Positions 12,761 to 26,060 of a stretch of 64,000 nucleotides of DNA are shown in pieces. The first letter of the stretch is position 1; each line of letters opens with the position of its first letter. A program made the translations under genes and the position numbers. The notes beneath the pieces were generated by a model that made no database searches, was not told where the DNA came from, and worked only from the letters and a program-made list of their open reading frames with translations. This DNA comes from Leucoraja ocellata. Its lineage: Eukaryota. The DNA is taken from positions 4,154,001 to 4,218,000 of the forward strand of contig JAWMAR010000193.1 of NCBI GenBank assembly GCA_036785375.1, given 5' to 3'.

Positions 12761-15700
12761 ATTAAACAGGTAAGAAGAAGTGGCGTGCGATGCAAAGCTG
12801 CAAGAATACAAAAGGGAGCAAATACCCAGATGTAGTGAATTGATGATTATGGTTAGCACCTTCCTGAGAATGTGATTATTACCCAACCCGGCCAAATGAC
12901 ATGTTTCTGTGCTCTAAACTCTTTATATTCCTTTGCATGTAATGAGGAGGCCGTCAGTCTAGATACTCTGCACACTTTTTTAATAACAAACCAACTGGAT
13001 GTATTGTGGGATTTTATGGTTGCTGTAAAAATTATGATGAGAAACTGCCGGAGATATCGCTTTTATTTTGCAAAGAAGGGTGTCACTTCCACAATAATGA
13101 TGATATCAATTGCTAGTGATGCAATGGCATGTTGAACATGATTTGCACATTTGCAAACAAATGAAAAATGGTTTGCCAAACATGGTGTTGTTAGCGCAAC
13201 ATGTCCTTGCAATCCTTTATTCTGATAGAATAAAGCCATTTTGAGGTGGCACTGTCTTTTTTCAAGCCAGCTTTTTGCAAAAGCAGCTAGATAATTGTTT
13301 CTCTGACAATCTCACTAAAGCCATTTAGTTTGTGTAGGTGTCTGGCTGGCTGAGCCTGAATTTCAATGGTTCAGAAAAAATGTTGTAGGAACAGTGCAGC
13401 CTTAAAAAGTGCACAGTAAGTCTGTTTCCATTGAGACATTTTATCTTATCACTATGTTCGGTTTAGAATGAGAAAAAAACAAACACTGGACCAAAGCATA
13501 CACAGCCTTCAGAAATATATTTACTTTGTTTTATTTGATTTGCATGGTACTTCAATAACAAGAGCCGGAAGGAGCAATGTAGGCAAACATTTTCTTGGAC
13601 TTATGAGAGCATCTGATTTGAGCTATAAATGAGAAAATAAAATGACAGGACTGAGTTAATATGGTATTGCTTACGTGTGGGTGCACGATGTACCAAAATC
13701 ATACTTGGAGCATTATTTATTTATATTTCAGCATAGCTTGCAGCAAGTTGGTAGCTCAAATTTTATTTTTTTTTTCAGAAAGAGGGTGGCTAATCTACGA
13801 TTGCTTTTGTGTGACATTTTTAATAATATTTTGATCTTGTTCCTTTATGTTTTAAAGTTGTCGTTGGCGTTTGGTATCTTGCTCCGTTGAAGGCTAAAGT
13901 CCTGTTAGCTGTACATTTTAAAATATCTCTTGTGATATTGCCTTGATATATGCCGGTAAAACAGCAAAGTTGATATTTTCCTTATAAAATAAACATACAG
14001 TAGCAATCTCTTTTTGAAAAAAAAGTGTTTGTATGGTTGATTTTCACTTCATCAAATGTGCCACTGACAATTATGGCTAGAGGCATTAATGTTTGATCTA
14101 TTTCTTCATAAATAACAAAGGAAATTTTACACCTACAAAAGTTGTATGTTGTTTTTCTTATTTAATACAAAGTTTTTTTTTCTGCACCACTCAAAAACCC
14201 AAGACTATTTATTGTAGGGCAGACACTGCTGGGCTCGAGTGAATTTTTTCAGAAGGAGGGATGTACACTATTGAAATCCTGCATGGATCTCAATGAGATT
14301 TCTGTATTTTTAGTTTGCTGGGCTTTGCAGTCACTCACATGGCAGGCATTTTGCATTGTTCTGAGGCTAACACCGGGCCATTGTTAGCTCAGAGCCAGCA
14401 AAGGGACATCTCCCTCTCTCACTCTCTCTTTCTGTTCATCCCTTGAGTGGTTACAAAACAACTCAGAAAATAAATTCAGACACCCACTTCTTTGTAGGTT
14501 GAAGTAATACTCTGTACTGATGCCAACTTATAGTCTGATATTTAAAACCTCACTGGTGACTTTTGGATAAATCTAGAGGAGCCACATGTAAGATATGGCC
14601 CACTTTGGATCAGAATCAGACAACACTAGACCAAAATCAGCACAGCTATTAAATGAAGGGGGGAAAAACTTGCTTGATTTTGTCTTTTTAATCAGAAAAA
14701 ATCCTTCATTTTAAAATAAAAAAGAAGCCCAATAGTTTGTTATTTTAGCTCAAATTCACATTTTCTTGTCAATTATTAAACATGTTTTTGTTACTTAAGG
14801 TATCTAGGCAGAGTAGACCAAGTCTTATTTCTGTAAACTGCATTAATTAAAAATGGGGAGGTTTGCTGAAGTTATTGAACAAGCAATCTTCAGATTACCC
14901 CCAAGAATGCTTTTATTACCATTCTGATACTGATTTGTTTTTGTTTAAAAGAGGACATTTTTAGTATCAGCTGTAGTTGTCTTGGTAAGGGGTGCTGGGC
15001 TTAGCAGTGCAATGAAATGGTAATGTTCTATATTTTGTACAGTCAGAGTGAACCAGTGTAGCAGGGGTTGTGGTTTGTGCTTATTGCTCAGAGGAGATTT
15101 AGTTGTCAGGACAGAAGTTGGTATTTATGAAGAGAACAATATTTACTGTCATCCAGGTCTTGCAGGTTGGGAAGGTATTCCTGCCCTTCCAGGGTGATAT
15201 ATGTCCTGCTGCTGCCCCTTCACTGAGACATGACTTCATTGCTTGTTTAGCTTGTGCTGATATTTGTGAGTGCAGTACCTAGTGATTAATCATGTATCAC
15301 CCTTTTCTCTGAAGTATTTGAATCACACTGCACTGGGCCACTCACGTGTTATTCAGAAAGAATGCTGTGGACAAGCAAAAGACCTTACAAGGCATGTTTT
15401 TTGTGAAATAAAAAGCCTTTTAATGCTTGTCCAGCCTTAGATAATTTTATTCACTCCTTCAAGCCCTCCCATTATTTCTTTTGCACCCAGAGACCAGTTT
15501 TTAGGGGGTGGGTTGATAGCTTCCCAGGGCTTGGGCCTTTTGTTGTAGCCTGAGACAAATATATCCAGTGAAGCCTTGAACCCTTGTGCAATAAAGTATC
15601 TTCGACACGTTGCTAAGAAATGGTTAAACTGCTGAAGCAAAGGAAGGGCACAACCAATTGTGCCAAGGTATATCTGGACCACACAGCTAGATTGAAGACG

Positions 15701-16938
15701 AATATCCCCACTTTATGTTAAAAAAAATCATTTATTTTCAAAGGGCATTTCTTAGGCTGAACTTGGCTAAACCCTTGTGGTCACACCTCTTTGAAAAGGT
15801 TTTGTTTCGTCCGTCAATTGGTATTCAAACCAGGTCAGCATTTCTGTTTGCCCAACTTTGCTGCCGTTTTCATTTTAATTTGCACCTGTTGTGCAGTTGT
15901 TGGAAAGGCAAGTGCAGACCCGCGGATTGTACAAAGATCATATTATGAGAAGATATGCGCGGTGCAATCTTTTTGTCTGACTGATGTCGTTTTTAAGATT
16001 TTTCTTTAACGGTACTTTTCAAAGGATTAAAATTGAACTACAAACCTTACAGAAAGCTGCCGATATCATAGCCTGGAGTTGTTAGCAGAAAAGATTTAAT
16101 CGTCGAACAAATTCATGAGACCAGGACGCTAAACCTGATACAAGCAAAATTCTGCTCCTGCCACTCTATATAATCTGGTCGCTGGCAAGAGCTGTTCGAG
16201 ATAGTTCAGCAGATAAAACCAAAGGATTTCTCGATTGAGAGTAAAGAAATCAAAATGAGCCTGAAAAGAGTTGGGATGTTTTTCTTGGTTCTTCTTCCCA
16301 TGATGTCATATAACTGAGCTGTTCTGTTGTGAGCATGTGTATTTGCATGCAAGTATGTCCATTTGTGTTTCCCATGAGCTGGGTTAAACAGTTTCTGGCA
16401 GTGTTGTGTCTGCATATGTGTATCTGATGGTATGTTTCGCTAGCTAAACTAATGCCCCTGTGTTTATTACTCTAATCTTTCTTGTCGAGTGGCAAAGTGG
16501 ACAATTTATGTACTACCATGCACACTGAATGACTGGAAAGGAAGACTAATGCAGAAGCAGCCACCTTCAATTCAGTTCAAAGACCTTATTTATAAACTGT
16601 CCATTTTAAGGAATGCTAGTGCGAGTGTATCAGGTCTGTGTAGCAAAATAAACTGGTTTATTTCGTTCCTGATTTGTTCTGACATTTGAAACATGTTTTG
16701 AAGCATAATCTGCATGTTTTGTCAGTGTTCTCAAAAAACCGTAAAGTGGAGGGACTGCTGTGGCAGCTTGGGTGAAGGAATTCATTAAAAAAAGTTAAGA
16801 CATGGTCAGGTCTGGAAGAATGTAAGAACTGTGCAGCTTGCAATGTACTTTGCTTCATGAAAAGCTATGGTTTTGTCCACCTATTTATTTTTATTTTTTT
16901 AACTCCAGCATCTCCAATTCTCCTTTTCTCCGCTACAG

Positions 16939-17196
16939 TTTTGAACTATGAGAATGTAGTGGACACGGGTTCGGAAACAGACGATGAAGACAAGCTTCAC
17001 ATTGCAGAAGAAGACAGTATTATGAACGCCCTGGACCGCGACTCCAGTCCAGTGACTATGCCCAACCACGATTCTTCCCCACATGGGAAACAAATATTGT
17101 TGCCAAGAGAAGACGAAGAAAGTGAGAAGAGAGATTGCGGCATGGACCACACCTGGCACAGCAGGGAGACACTACCTGTCTCAATGGATGGTACTG
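16939..17196 (+). CDS. ZEB2: ZEB2 coding exon (equivalent to human exon 3), 258 bp, phase 1-1
   Basis: ctacag|TTTTGAACTAT...GGTACTG|gtaagt; (V)[26 protein letters not shown] matches the ZEB2 N-terminus. Confidence 0.96.
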
Positions 17197-17769
17197 GTAA
17201 GTCAAACGTCTGGACTAAGAATAAGACCGATACTCAATTAAAAAAAAATATATCTGTTGTTGGCCTTCCACAAAATACTTCATTCCAATTTATCTAACTC
17301 AACATGTGGGTTAAACTGTGGAATGAACTACACATTTTTAAAGTTTGTAATATTGCTTGTTAAGTCAACCACTGTTATATATTAAACTAGTGACACCCTT
17401 TAGAAGCCAATGCAACTTTGTAAACCAAAGGTTAAACTCATAAAAGGCCCCTGTTATCAGTTTTATGGATCTTTCACTTACCTTGTGTTGAATTTAATTA
17501 AAGAAAAACATTGGGGAGTAGTGCAGATGTAATTATTGCTTAATTATAGGTAAATAATATCACTTCATCATCCTTTCTAAGGGCTATAGTCTCCATAAAA
17601 TGACATTAAAAAAATTCCACTAATATCCCCTGTCAATCAAAGAGCTACATGCTCTAATATATAGAGTTGAGATCAGTGGAATAACCATTAAAACTGTTTA
17701 AAATATAATCTGAGATTACAATTCCAGCTGTGGTCGACATATCTTAATAGCAAATGTTAAAAAGTGCTT

Positions 17770-18062
17770 TTAGTTTAGTTTAGTTTAAAGATACCGCATG
17801 GAAACAGGCTCTTCGGCCCATCCAGTCTGCGTCGACCAATGATCCCTGCACATTAACACTATCCTACACACACCAGGGATATTTTATAGTCATACCAAAC
17901 CAAGTAACCTACAAACCTGTACGTCTTTGGAGCGTGGGAGGAAACGGCAGAACTCGGAGAAAACCCACAAACGTACAAACTCTGTACAGACAAGCACCCG
18001 TGGTCAGGATCGAACCCAGGTCTCGGGCGCTGTAAGGCAGCAACTCTACCACTGTGCCACAC
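17770..18062 (-). mobile_element. V-SINE (HE1-like)
   Basis: Antisense tail tttagtttagttt, V-domain and tRNA-like head. Confidence 0.8.
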
Positions 18063-19559
18063 ATGCTTTTATTTCCATTTATTTAATACTTAAAATGTTA
18101 TTATATAGGTCATAGTTGATGCTATACTTGGTGTCACAGAGCAGATCAAATAAAACATAGGCATATGCTAAATTCACCCCACATTTTGATTGCAACATTC
18201 ATAAAGTCAAGGAATTGTCATGGTACAGAAGAAAACCTTCCAGCCATTAGGGCCTTGTACTGCCAGACTCTCCTTTGTCTTTCTGTACAGTTCTGCAAAC
18301 TATTTCCCCTCGTTCTTCTCCAATTCTCATTTGAAATCCTAAGTGAGTCTGTACCCATCAGCCTTGCAAGCAGTGAATTGTAAATTATATCAACACTGTT
18401 TTAGAAAGTTTTTCTTCACTTGCACCCTACCTTTTGCTCACCTTTAAAAATATGTATTACTTGGCCACTTGAACCATTTGCTACAGGAGTTGGCTTAGAG
18501 GAACTGCTGAGCCCAGTTACAGTAATAGCTGAATCGGAACAATTGTCACAATAGATGCAAACTCTGTTCATATCTGTATCTGTTAAACTTAGCTTCATTG
18601 CGTCATGCGATTTGGCTGGCCCTCCTGTTGTCAGCACTGTTTTGTAAAATTATTCTTTAAAAGCATGCACATTTTGGGGATTCTTTAACACATGGTACTG
18701 AGATTTACCATCTTTAATGATTTGCTTGGGAACACACTTTTGATGAAGGGAAAGAAGGACACAAGATAGCTGAGCATGTTTTCAAACTGCTGTGAGTGAT
18801 TGACTTAAAGGTAAATTGGGTGTAATTTGTTAGTTTGGCCAGAGTGAGGAGAGATGCGGTGAAGTAATAACATTGGATAAGCCCCTCATCACACAAGCTG
18901 CTCTTATGCACTGTCGAAAAAATATATTGCAGTTGCAGGAAAATCGCTTACTTGCTAAAAACTCTGTCATGTTTCATGTTAAAAGGTAATGGTACAGTTC
19001 ATGATGAGTCAGAAGACACATTTTCACATGTAGAGTTTACAGAACAGAAATAGTAAGATTAAACGAGAACTTACCAGTTTGAAGTTTGATTGTTATTTTA
19101 TGAGGAGTAACGTTGAGGGATTACGTGAAGAACCCCACCAGGACGCATGGGTGTCATTCTTCAAAGCAGCGGTGTGAAATCACAGATAACTGTAATGACT
19201 AAACTTAGTAAGATTAAAGAAGAGATACCAGTTGAGTATATGATCAAGGGTGGGAGCGGAGGGCACGTAATCCCTCAACGTTACTCCTCATAAAATAATG
19301 ATCAAACTTCAAACTGGTAAGTTCTCGTTTAATCTTACTATTTTACTTCGCAGTCACGTGAGTGACTACGTGAAGATTTTAAAGCTCTGTGATTTCATGC
19401 CGTGGAAACGAGTCCATGCATCACATCTGCCTTGATTATGGGGAGAATAATGTTAACATCATTAGACATCAATACGATATTGAAAACCCAACGATAAATA
19501 TATTAACACCAAATTATCGCCCCTATTTATGGGGTAAATTATATTACAGAATTTAAAAT

Positions 19560-20502
19560 TGTTTCTGCAAATGTTCCAGGTTCAATGACGGTTTGTTATA
19601 AAATCGTTGGAAAGTTTTCTCCGTTGACCATCCTGCTGTCTTGAGGATTTGGTCCATAGGAACATCCAACTTCATAGCTGCCGATGTAGCTGCAGCCCTG
19701 GTGGAGTGAGATTTAAAATGCTAATGTCCATTCCAGCCTTATTAGGACCTGTTTTAGCCATCTAGAGATGGTCTGGACTGTCACTGTTTTGAGTGGCTGT
19801 TTGTAGCTGATTAAAAGTGACATTTCTTTCCCTCTGATGATCATAATATACTCCATATATAATAAGTGTGTTACAATACAGCGACGATCATCTGTCGGGT
19901 ATGCCCTGAATTCTGTTTTTAAGCCTGCTGACCCCTGTCTGTTCTGTTTGACTAATTCATTGATGTGAAAAGTTAAATTTCCAGATGAAATAGTCATGTT
20001 GTCCAGCCTTAGTTTCTGTAGTGACTGGACCCTTTGTGCCGTGACCAAGGCCATCAGCATGACTGTTTTCATAGTCAGTTTCTGTAGGGACAGAGCTGTA
20101 GCTGGAGACCAGCTTCTTAACATGGTCAGTACAATGCTCACATCCCATATTTGGGAGTACCTGGTTCTTGGGGGATTAACATTAAAATGCCCCTCATGAA
20201 TTTGGTTACCCGGGTGTGTCCCAACGGAATGCCGCTCTGTTCCTTGCCACAGGTATGTTGACAGAGCACTTCTGGGGCAGTTGATGGCACTATGACTGAG
20301 CCTCTCATCGTAATGGAGGCTTGCCAGGAATTCCAGAACAGACGGGATGTTCATAGATCTGTGGGTGATGTTTATTGTTGTGACAGTACTTCCCATTTCT
20401 TGATGACAGCAAGTACTGTTTTTTGGTGGACTGTCTGTGGGCCGATGCAATCATATCCATTGTTCGGTCCGTCAGTCCCAGGTGTTGTAGAGGTGCTTTC
20501 AA
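19560..20502 (-). pseudogene. DIRS tyrosine recombinase (frameshifted)
   Basis: LTMKTVMLMALVTAQRVQSL (catalytic R region); in another frame SHSTRAAATSAAMKLDVPMDQILKTAGWSTEKTFQRFY (HxxR motif, catalytic Tyr). Confidence 0.9.
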
Positions 20503-20623
20503 ACTCTACAAATTAATAGGTTTATATAATTATGACATGGGTGACTTTCCTTTGTTACTGGATGGACCAGTAAATTAGGTCTATGATGGATGGTGATGCA
20601 TGGTTCTAATACCATGTCTAATA

Positions 20624-21388
20624 TCACCGAGAACCATGAGTAGGGCAATCGGGTACTATCAAAATACCAGACGCAGAGTCTTGCTGTATTTTCCTTAATA
20701 CCCGACTGATGAGGCAGAAAGGAGGGAATGCATAAATAAACAATTTCCCCCAATGCAGCGAAAATGCATCTGTTGCCGCTGCCCCAGGGTCTGGTTCCCA
20801 TGAAACATAATTTGATAACTGGTGATTGAGCCTGGAAGCGAAAAGATCGATATCTGGTGTTCCATACCGTGCTGTAATTTCAGCAAATACATTTTTATCC
20901 AACATCCATTCAGTGTTTTCATTGAATTTGCGTGATCTGGTGTCTGCCACTAAATTTAGTTTACCTGGTAAGTAGGTAGCTGATATCCAAATATCTCTCT
21001 GGATACACCATTGCCAAATTGTGTTGGCCAGATTGTCACGTGATGTCGATTTGTTTCCACCCATATGGTTGATATATACTACCACGGTGGTGTTGTCAAT
21101 CTGTAGTCTAACATGCTGGTGATTTAACCCAGAACAATATGACTTAAGGCCATGGAATGCACTTAACATTTCCAGGTAGTTTATGCCCAGTGTTTGTAAT
21201 AATGATGCCTCCTGTGCATTCCATCTCCCTCCACAGCTGGAGATGGAATTGGTAGCACCCCAACCAAGTGCACTGGCATCAGTTTGTAGTACCATAGACA
21301 GTTTGCTGATAATTATTGGATTGGAACAATACCTGATGTTATGTTCCCACCATTTTAGTTCCATTATGGCCTCTGTTGGTAGCTTCAT
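20624..21388 (-). pseudogene. DIRS RNase H plus N6-adenine methyltransferase-like domain
   Basis: TDASALGWG, INYLEML, IDNTTVV, NLVADTRSR (RNase H); DLFASRLNHQL and YAFPPF (MT-like). Confidence 0.9.
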
Positions 21389-21858
21389 TGGTCGTCAAAA
21401 TGGCCACCATTAATTTTGAGTGCTCTTATTTTTGCTCTCTGTAAATTTCGATAGTGTAAAGGTCCGAATTGTGTGGCTGGAAATGCAGCCACTATCTTCC
21501 CAATTATTCTAGCTACCAGTCTAATGGATGGTTTGGTGATGTCAATGATTTCGCTACAAGCCTCTATTAAGGCTGTAACCTTTTCTTTCGGCAAAGTCAC
21601 TGACATGAGAACTGAGTTAATGGTGAACTCCAGATAATCCATTTTTGTTGAAGGCGTTAATTTAGACTTAACTGGATGGATGATAAACCCCAGTTTTTCA
21701 AACAATTGTTTTGTGGCTGTTCCCGCTTGTTTAGACAATTCCAAAGTTTTGCCAACAATAAGTATGTCATCTAGATATGCCATTACCATGTGTTTTTGTT
21801 TCCGCAGTAACGCTAGGGCTGGTTTCAAAATATTTGTGAACAGCCTGGGGGCTGATGT
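21385..21858 (-). pseudogene. DIRS reverse transcriptase, C-terminal part
   Basis: TSAPRLFTNILKP...MAYLDDILIVG...LGFIIHPVKSKLTP. Confidence 0.9.
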
Positions 21859-22319
21859 TCTGCCGCTAAGGGGAACGTCGTCCCCCCTGCTGTGACTCGT
21901 TGCAATGCGTGTAGCGATATGACACGCATGCGTCCTGGCAGGGTTCTTCACGTTGTCACTCACGTGACTCCGAAGTAAAATTCACCATTCCATGTACCAG
22001 TCTCCGCTACTTCCACTATAAATGGTTCTTTCCACTTCCACATTGTCACATATAAAGACCACACTGCTACATTCATCAAACATTACCCCTATTACTGAAT
22101 CCTCTCTCACTAATAATCATCTCCGCTACTTATCACATTCTCTTTCCCTGTACATCTGCTTCTCATAGAGGCATAGATAATACTGATACATCAAGGAAAC
22201 ATGCCCTTCGACCCAACTTACCCATGCTGACCAAGATGTCCCATCTACACTAGTCCAACCTGTCTACCTTAATTTATCCTCAAATTCTCTCTCTTTCTGT
22301 ACCATACAATCACAGATAA

Positions 22320-22627
22320 ATACAGTGTGGAAAGCGTTCCTTCTGGCTCACTGAGCCCACGTAGACCTTCAACCATCCATTTATACTAATCATACATTAA
22401 TTCCATTTTTTATTCACCCCACATTCCCAGCAACGTACTGAAATGTACTGCGGGCAGTTTGCAAACATACTGGGGAAATCTACCGACCCGCTCATCTTTG
22501 GGATGAGGTAGGAAACTCACGTGATCACTGGGAGAATATGCAAACTCCATACAAACAGCACCTGAAATCAGGACAACACTCTGGCCTCTGACGCTGTGAG
22601 ACATAAGCTACACTAACTGTGCCACCT
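22320..22627 (-). mobile_element. diverged V-SINE
   Basis: Antisense V-domain (gggagaatatgcaaactccatacaaacagcacc) and head. Confidence 0.65.
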
Positions 22628-25600
22628 TCTTTGCTCCTCTCTGTTCTCATTGCTCCACTTCAGGACAACAGGCTGGTGACTTGTGGATAGTTGCCATTTG
22701 GCAGGGAAGGTTGTGGTCAAAGTCTTTAGTGTGAAGTTTTTGTTTTGTATGGTGGAGTCTGGGCATGGAATCTGAGCTGTAGCTCAGATGTAACAGGCAT
22801 TTAGATAGTATTTCAAATTGCCTATGGACTGCTGGGTTCGCAAGGTATGCATGGACACAGGTGGGTGGCAATAACTACAGGCCATGTATTAGGGGGAGAA
22901 TACGAAATAAACACTCAATGAAACATTCACATGGGAGCTCTGAATGGTAAGTATAATGCTACATGTACAAGACCCACTGCTTAAACTCTTGACACCTTGT
23001 CATGGCAAATGACATATCAGCCAGAATCATAACACCTGAAGTAAGTGTGACACAAACAAGAATCTAAACTTTAAAAATACAGCAGATAAATCATGGTGAT
23101 TGTAATAGCTAAGTGGCATTAAGCACCATGATAAGGTTACAGTATATGCCTCAACGTCCTTTCTGCTTATATATTAAAAAACAAAATTTGCAGGGGCTCA
23201 CAAATGTTTCCTGCCTGGTTCATTGCCTCTGACACATTGGGTGAGTACAAGATGCTGCAGATAATGTCATCTTTGTCATTTTGTCTTACTTGAACCCTTT
23301 AATCTGTGGACAATTGTAAGCTATCACCATTTAATGATATATATCCACTTGGAGCTGTGAGGCTTCAGACAACCCTGCTCCTATTTTATAATTCATGGCC
23401 TATCTAAGTCAATGGAAAGTAAAATCTGATTGACTAGGAAGATCCCAAAGAGAATCACCCAGGACATCACAATTCAAATCCCTGGCTAAGGGAATGAAAG
23501 CCACATGTATCAGCTTTTGACTTCCAGTGATTTCAGGGAGCAGGAACATGATTCTTATCCTGCTGCAGATCTCGGCCCGAAAAGTCGACAAATCATTTCA
23601 CTCAACAGATACTGCTCAACCCGCTGAGTTCTTCGAACAGATTGTTTCTTGCTCTGGATTACAGCATTTGTAGTCTCCTCCATTGACATGATTTCCTATG
23701 CTTGCTATCCACGAGAAACCAGACTGGAAATGTGGTCTTATATCAGTTAGCACTACCTGTGTGCTCAGATTGTGTCCATGGACATTGAAAGAAGTCTCAT
23801 GATGGATAGTCAGAACAATATTGGCACATTAGATCTTCAGGGTCCCCAATTGAAAGCTGAAGTAGAAGTGGGGAAAATTACTTGTTACTCAAACGCTGCC
23901 CAATTGTCCCTTCAGTGACTTCAAACTATGATTTGTGAGCTCGAGAATGCTATGGGCTTTTAGCCTTGACTCACTTGCATTTGTCCCCCACTGTCCTCCT
24001 GCTCAGTTTTACTGACATGTGACCTTGCTTGATGTAAGAGCCAGCCTTCAGCTGACCAGCTGATCTACCATGCGCACTGAATTGAATATGTGTGACTTCC
24101 TGATGGAGTGTTGATAATGCTCAAGGCTGCACCTCTGCTCCACAGGTTGCTCAGTCAGAGATCCGAATCGGTTGTTGCATTCCTCCGGCCAACAAGTGAT
24201 AATCACTACAGTCAAACGGCCAGGTCATGTTGAAGCTGCTGCTGTGATAAAAACTGACTGCTGACCTCTCAGAACCGTACCTCGATAAGAGTCAGCATTT
24301 ACAGAGAGCAAGGGGAAACAGAACTTTCGGTTCATGCCAAGAAGCACAACTAAGCTACGTTGCCACTGCATGCAATGAGGATTACAAAGCTTCAGCAGAT
24401 TCCAAAAGTAGGGCTGTGAATTGTGCTCCCCTTGACCCTCACGGCACCATTTTAAGAATGTTCAGGAGAATTCCCATGTAGTTGCAGCAAATGCATGAGA
24501 ACAGCAGGAGAATAGGATTTTTCTTATTGCAAAGCAGCAATTTATTTAGTTTTAAGCAAGCTGACAAATGTCAGCTGCAAGTCCGGGCACCTGAAAAGAA
24601 GGAAGTAGGTGTCCTGTGGGATATTTCGCAACCACTTAAAAAAAAAAACTGCAGTGACAGCAAGGCCGATTGCCCTGATCTTAAACCTTAATGGTCATTG
24701 GTTAGGGTTAGAGGAGACAGCTCAACCTAGATGGACCTGTGATTACAGCAACCCACCATCATTACCCTCTTCTTCCTCAAGTGGCTGAGCAGACGTTGGG
24801 CTGATTACATTTGCCTCAACCCTAGTCTTATCTGTCTATGGTCAGATATCTTGTCCACTTTTGAAATACGTGCTATCGTTTATAAACAGGCTTCAGTGCA
24901 CCCAGTTTTTCCAGGTGGGGCAGCAGTATTTGGGTGTAGGAATTACGAGTAGTTATATTTGCTAGGTGGAAATGATCATTCCAAAGGGAGCACTTTGTAA
25001 CACAGTGCTTCTGGCGAATTAACCCAAAATGGTGCACTACATTTGGACAATGTCCAATACACATTCACAGCATGCACATTTTCATGCTCAGAGAGCAAAG
25101 CTGGACTCCCTTCCTACATGTAATTATGTACTTAGGATAAAATCTGTCCAAAGTCTCGCATAGGATGTTGTTCCAAAGGAATAAATAAACAAGAGCAGGT
25201 CAATCAGCCCATTGAACCTATTTCTGCTGCTCAGTAAGACAACGTTGCTCGGGATCTTAGCTGCATTTGCATTGTCTTTTTCACAGGCCTGAATATTAGC
25301 CACATTCATTTCTGTACACAGTGCTAGAATATCGAGCACGTGAGTCTTGGTTAAAGTTAGTACCCTAGCACAAGGGATTTCACTTTAGTTGCATTTCCTT
25401 AATAATTCTACAAAAAGTCTTTGATTTTATTTTCAAAAGCAGGCTGTAGGAGATCATGCTGCAGAATGTGTACTAGTAGGAAAGTTATGCCTCAGCACAA
25501 AAATTACCATAATATTTTGTGTTGTAAATATAAAGCTGTGGATCATATGCTTTTGTGACTCTAATAATTCACAATCACTCACAGCTTTAACCTTTATACT

Positions 25601-26060
25601 TAATAAATTTACACTTGAAAAATATGTGACTGTTAACAATAAAGTTAAAACGTAATAAAGAAGTTACAGAGAATGGGAGAAAGATAAATATGTTTAATTA
25701 GGGTAGAAGATGATTGCCCAAGGAAATGTAACTCCTACAAAAGGCACTAACATATATAAATTAATCTTTTAGATTGAATCGTTTTCATGCATCTAATGAG
25801 AAGAATGATTCCGAGTGTTGTTAACCTTAATACACAGTCCAAACTTTTGCTGCAGATTAAATCACAAGCTAAATTTTAAGTTATTAGGTGTCAACTTGGG
25901 TATCTTCAATAAACAAACATTGTTCATTTCACTACTGACAATTGAGACACTCTTAGAAATTCTCCTTATGTACTGTTTATTACAATACAACATTTATTAC
26001 ATCAATCAGAGGTACATCATAGAGTCACAGAGCTGTACTGTATGGACACAGGGCCTTTTG

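Larger units (their letters stand above)
19048..21980 (-). mobile_element. DIRS1-type tyrosine-recombinase retrotransposon, internally deleted and frameshifted
   Basis: RT (SAPRLFT...YLDD), RNase H, adenine-methyltransferase-like and YR remnants in DIRS order; inverted termini, right extension and ICR; TTT ends. Confidence 0.93.

Noticed and set aside
16857-17297. 146-aa ORF as a stand-alone gene or alternative ATG start
   Set aside because: It is ZEB2 exon 3 plus intronic read-through; canonical splice sites bound the homologous part
21860-21963. Novel N-terminal extension fused to the DIRS RT
   Set aside because: Chance read-through from the non-coding terminus across a deletion junction, starting at GTG
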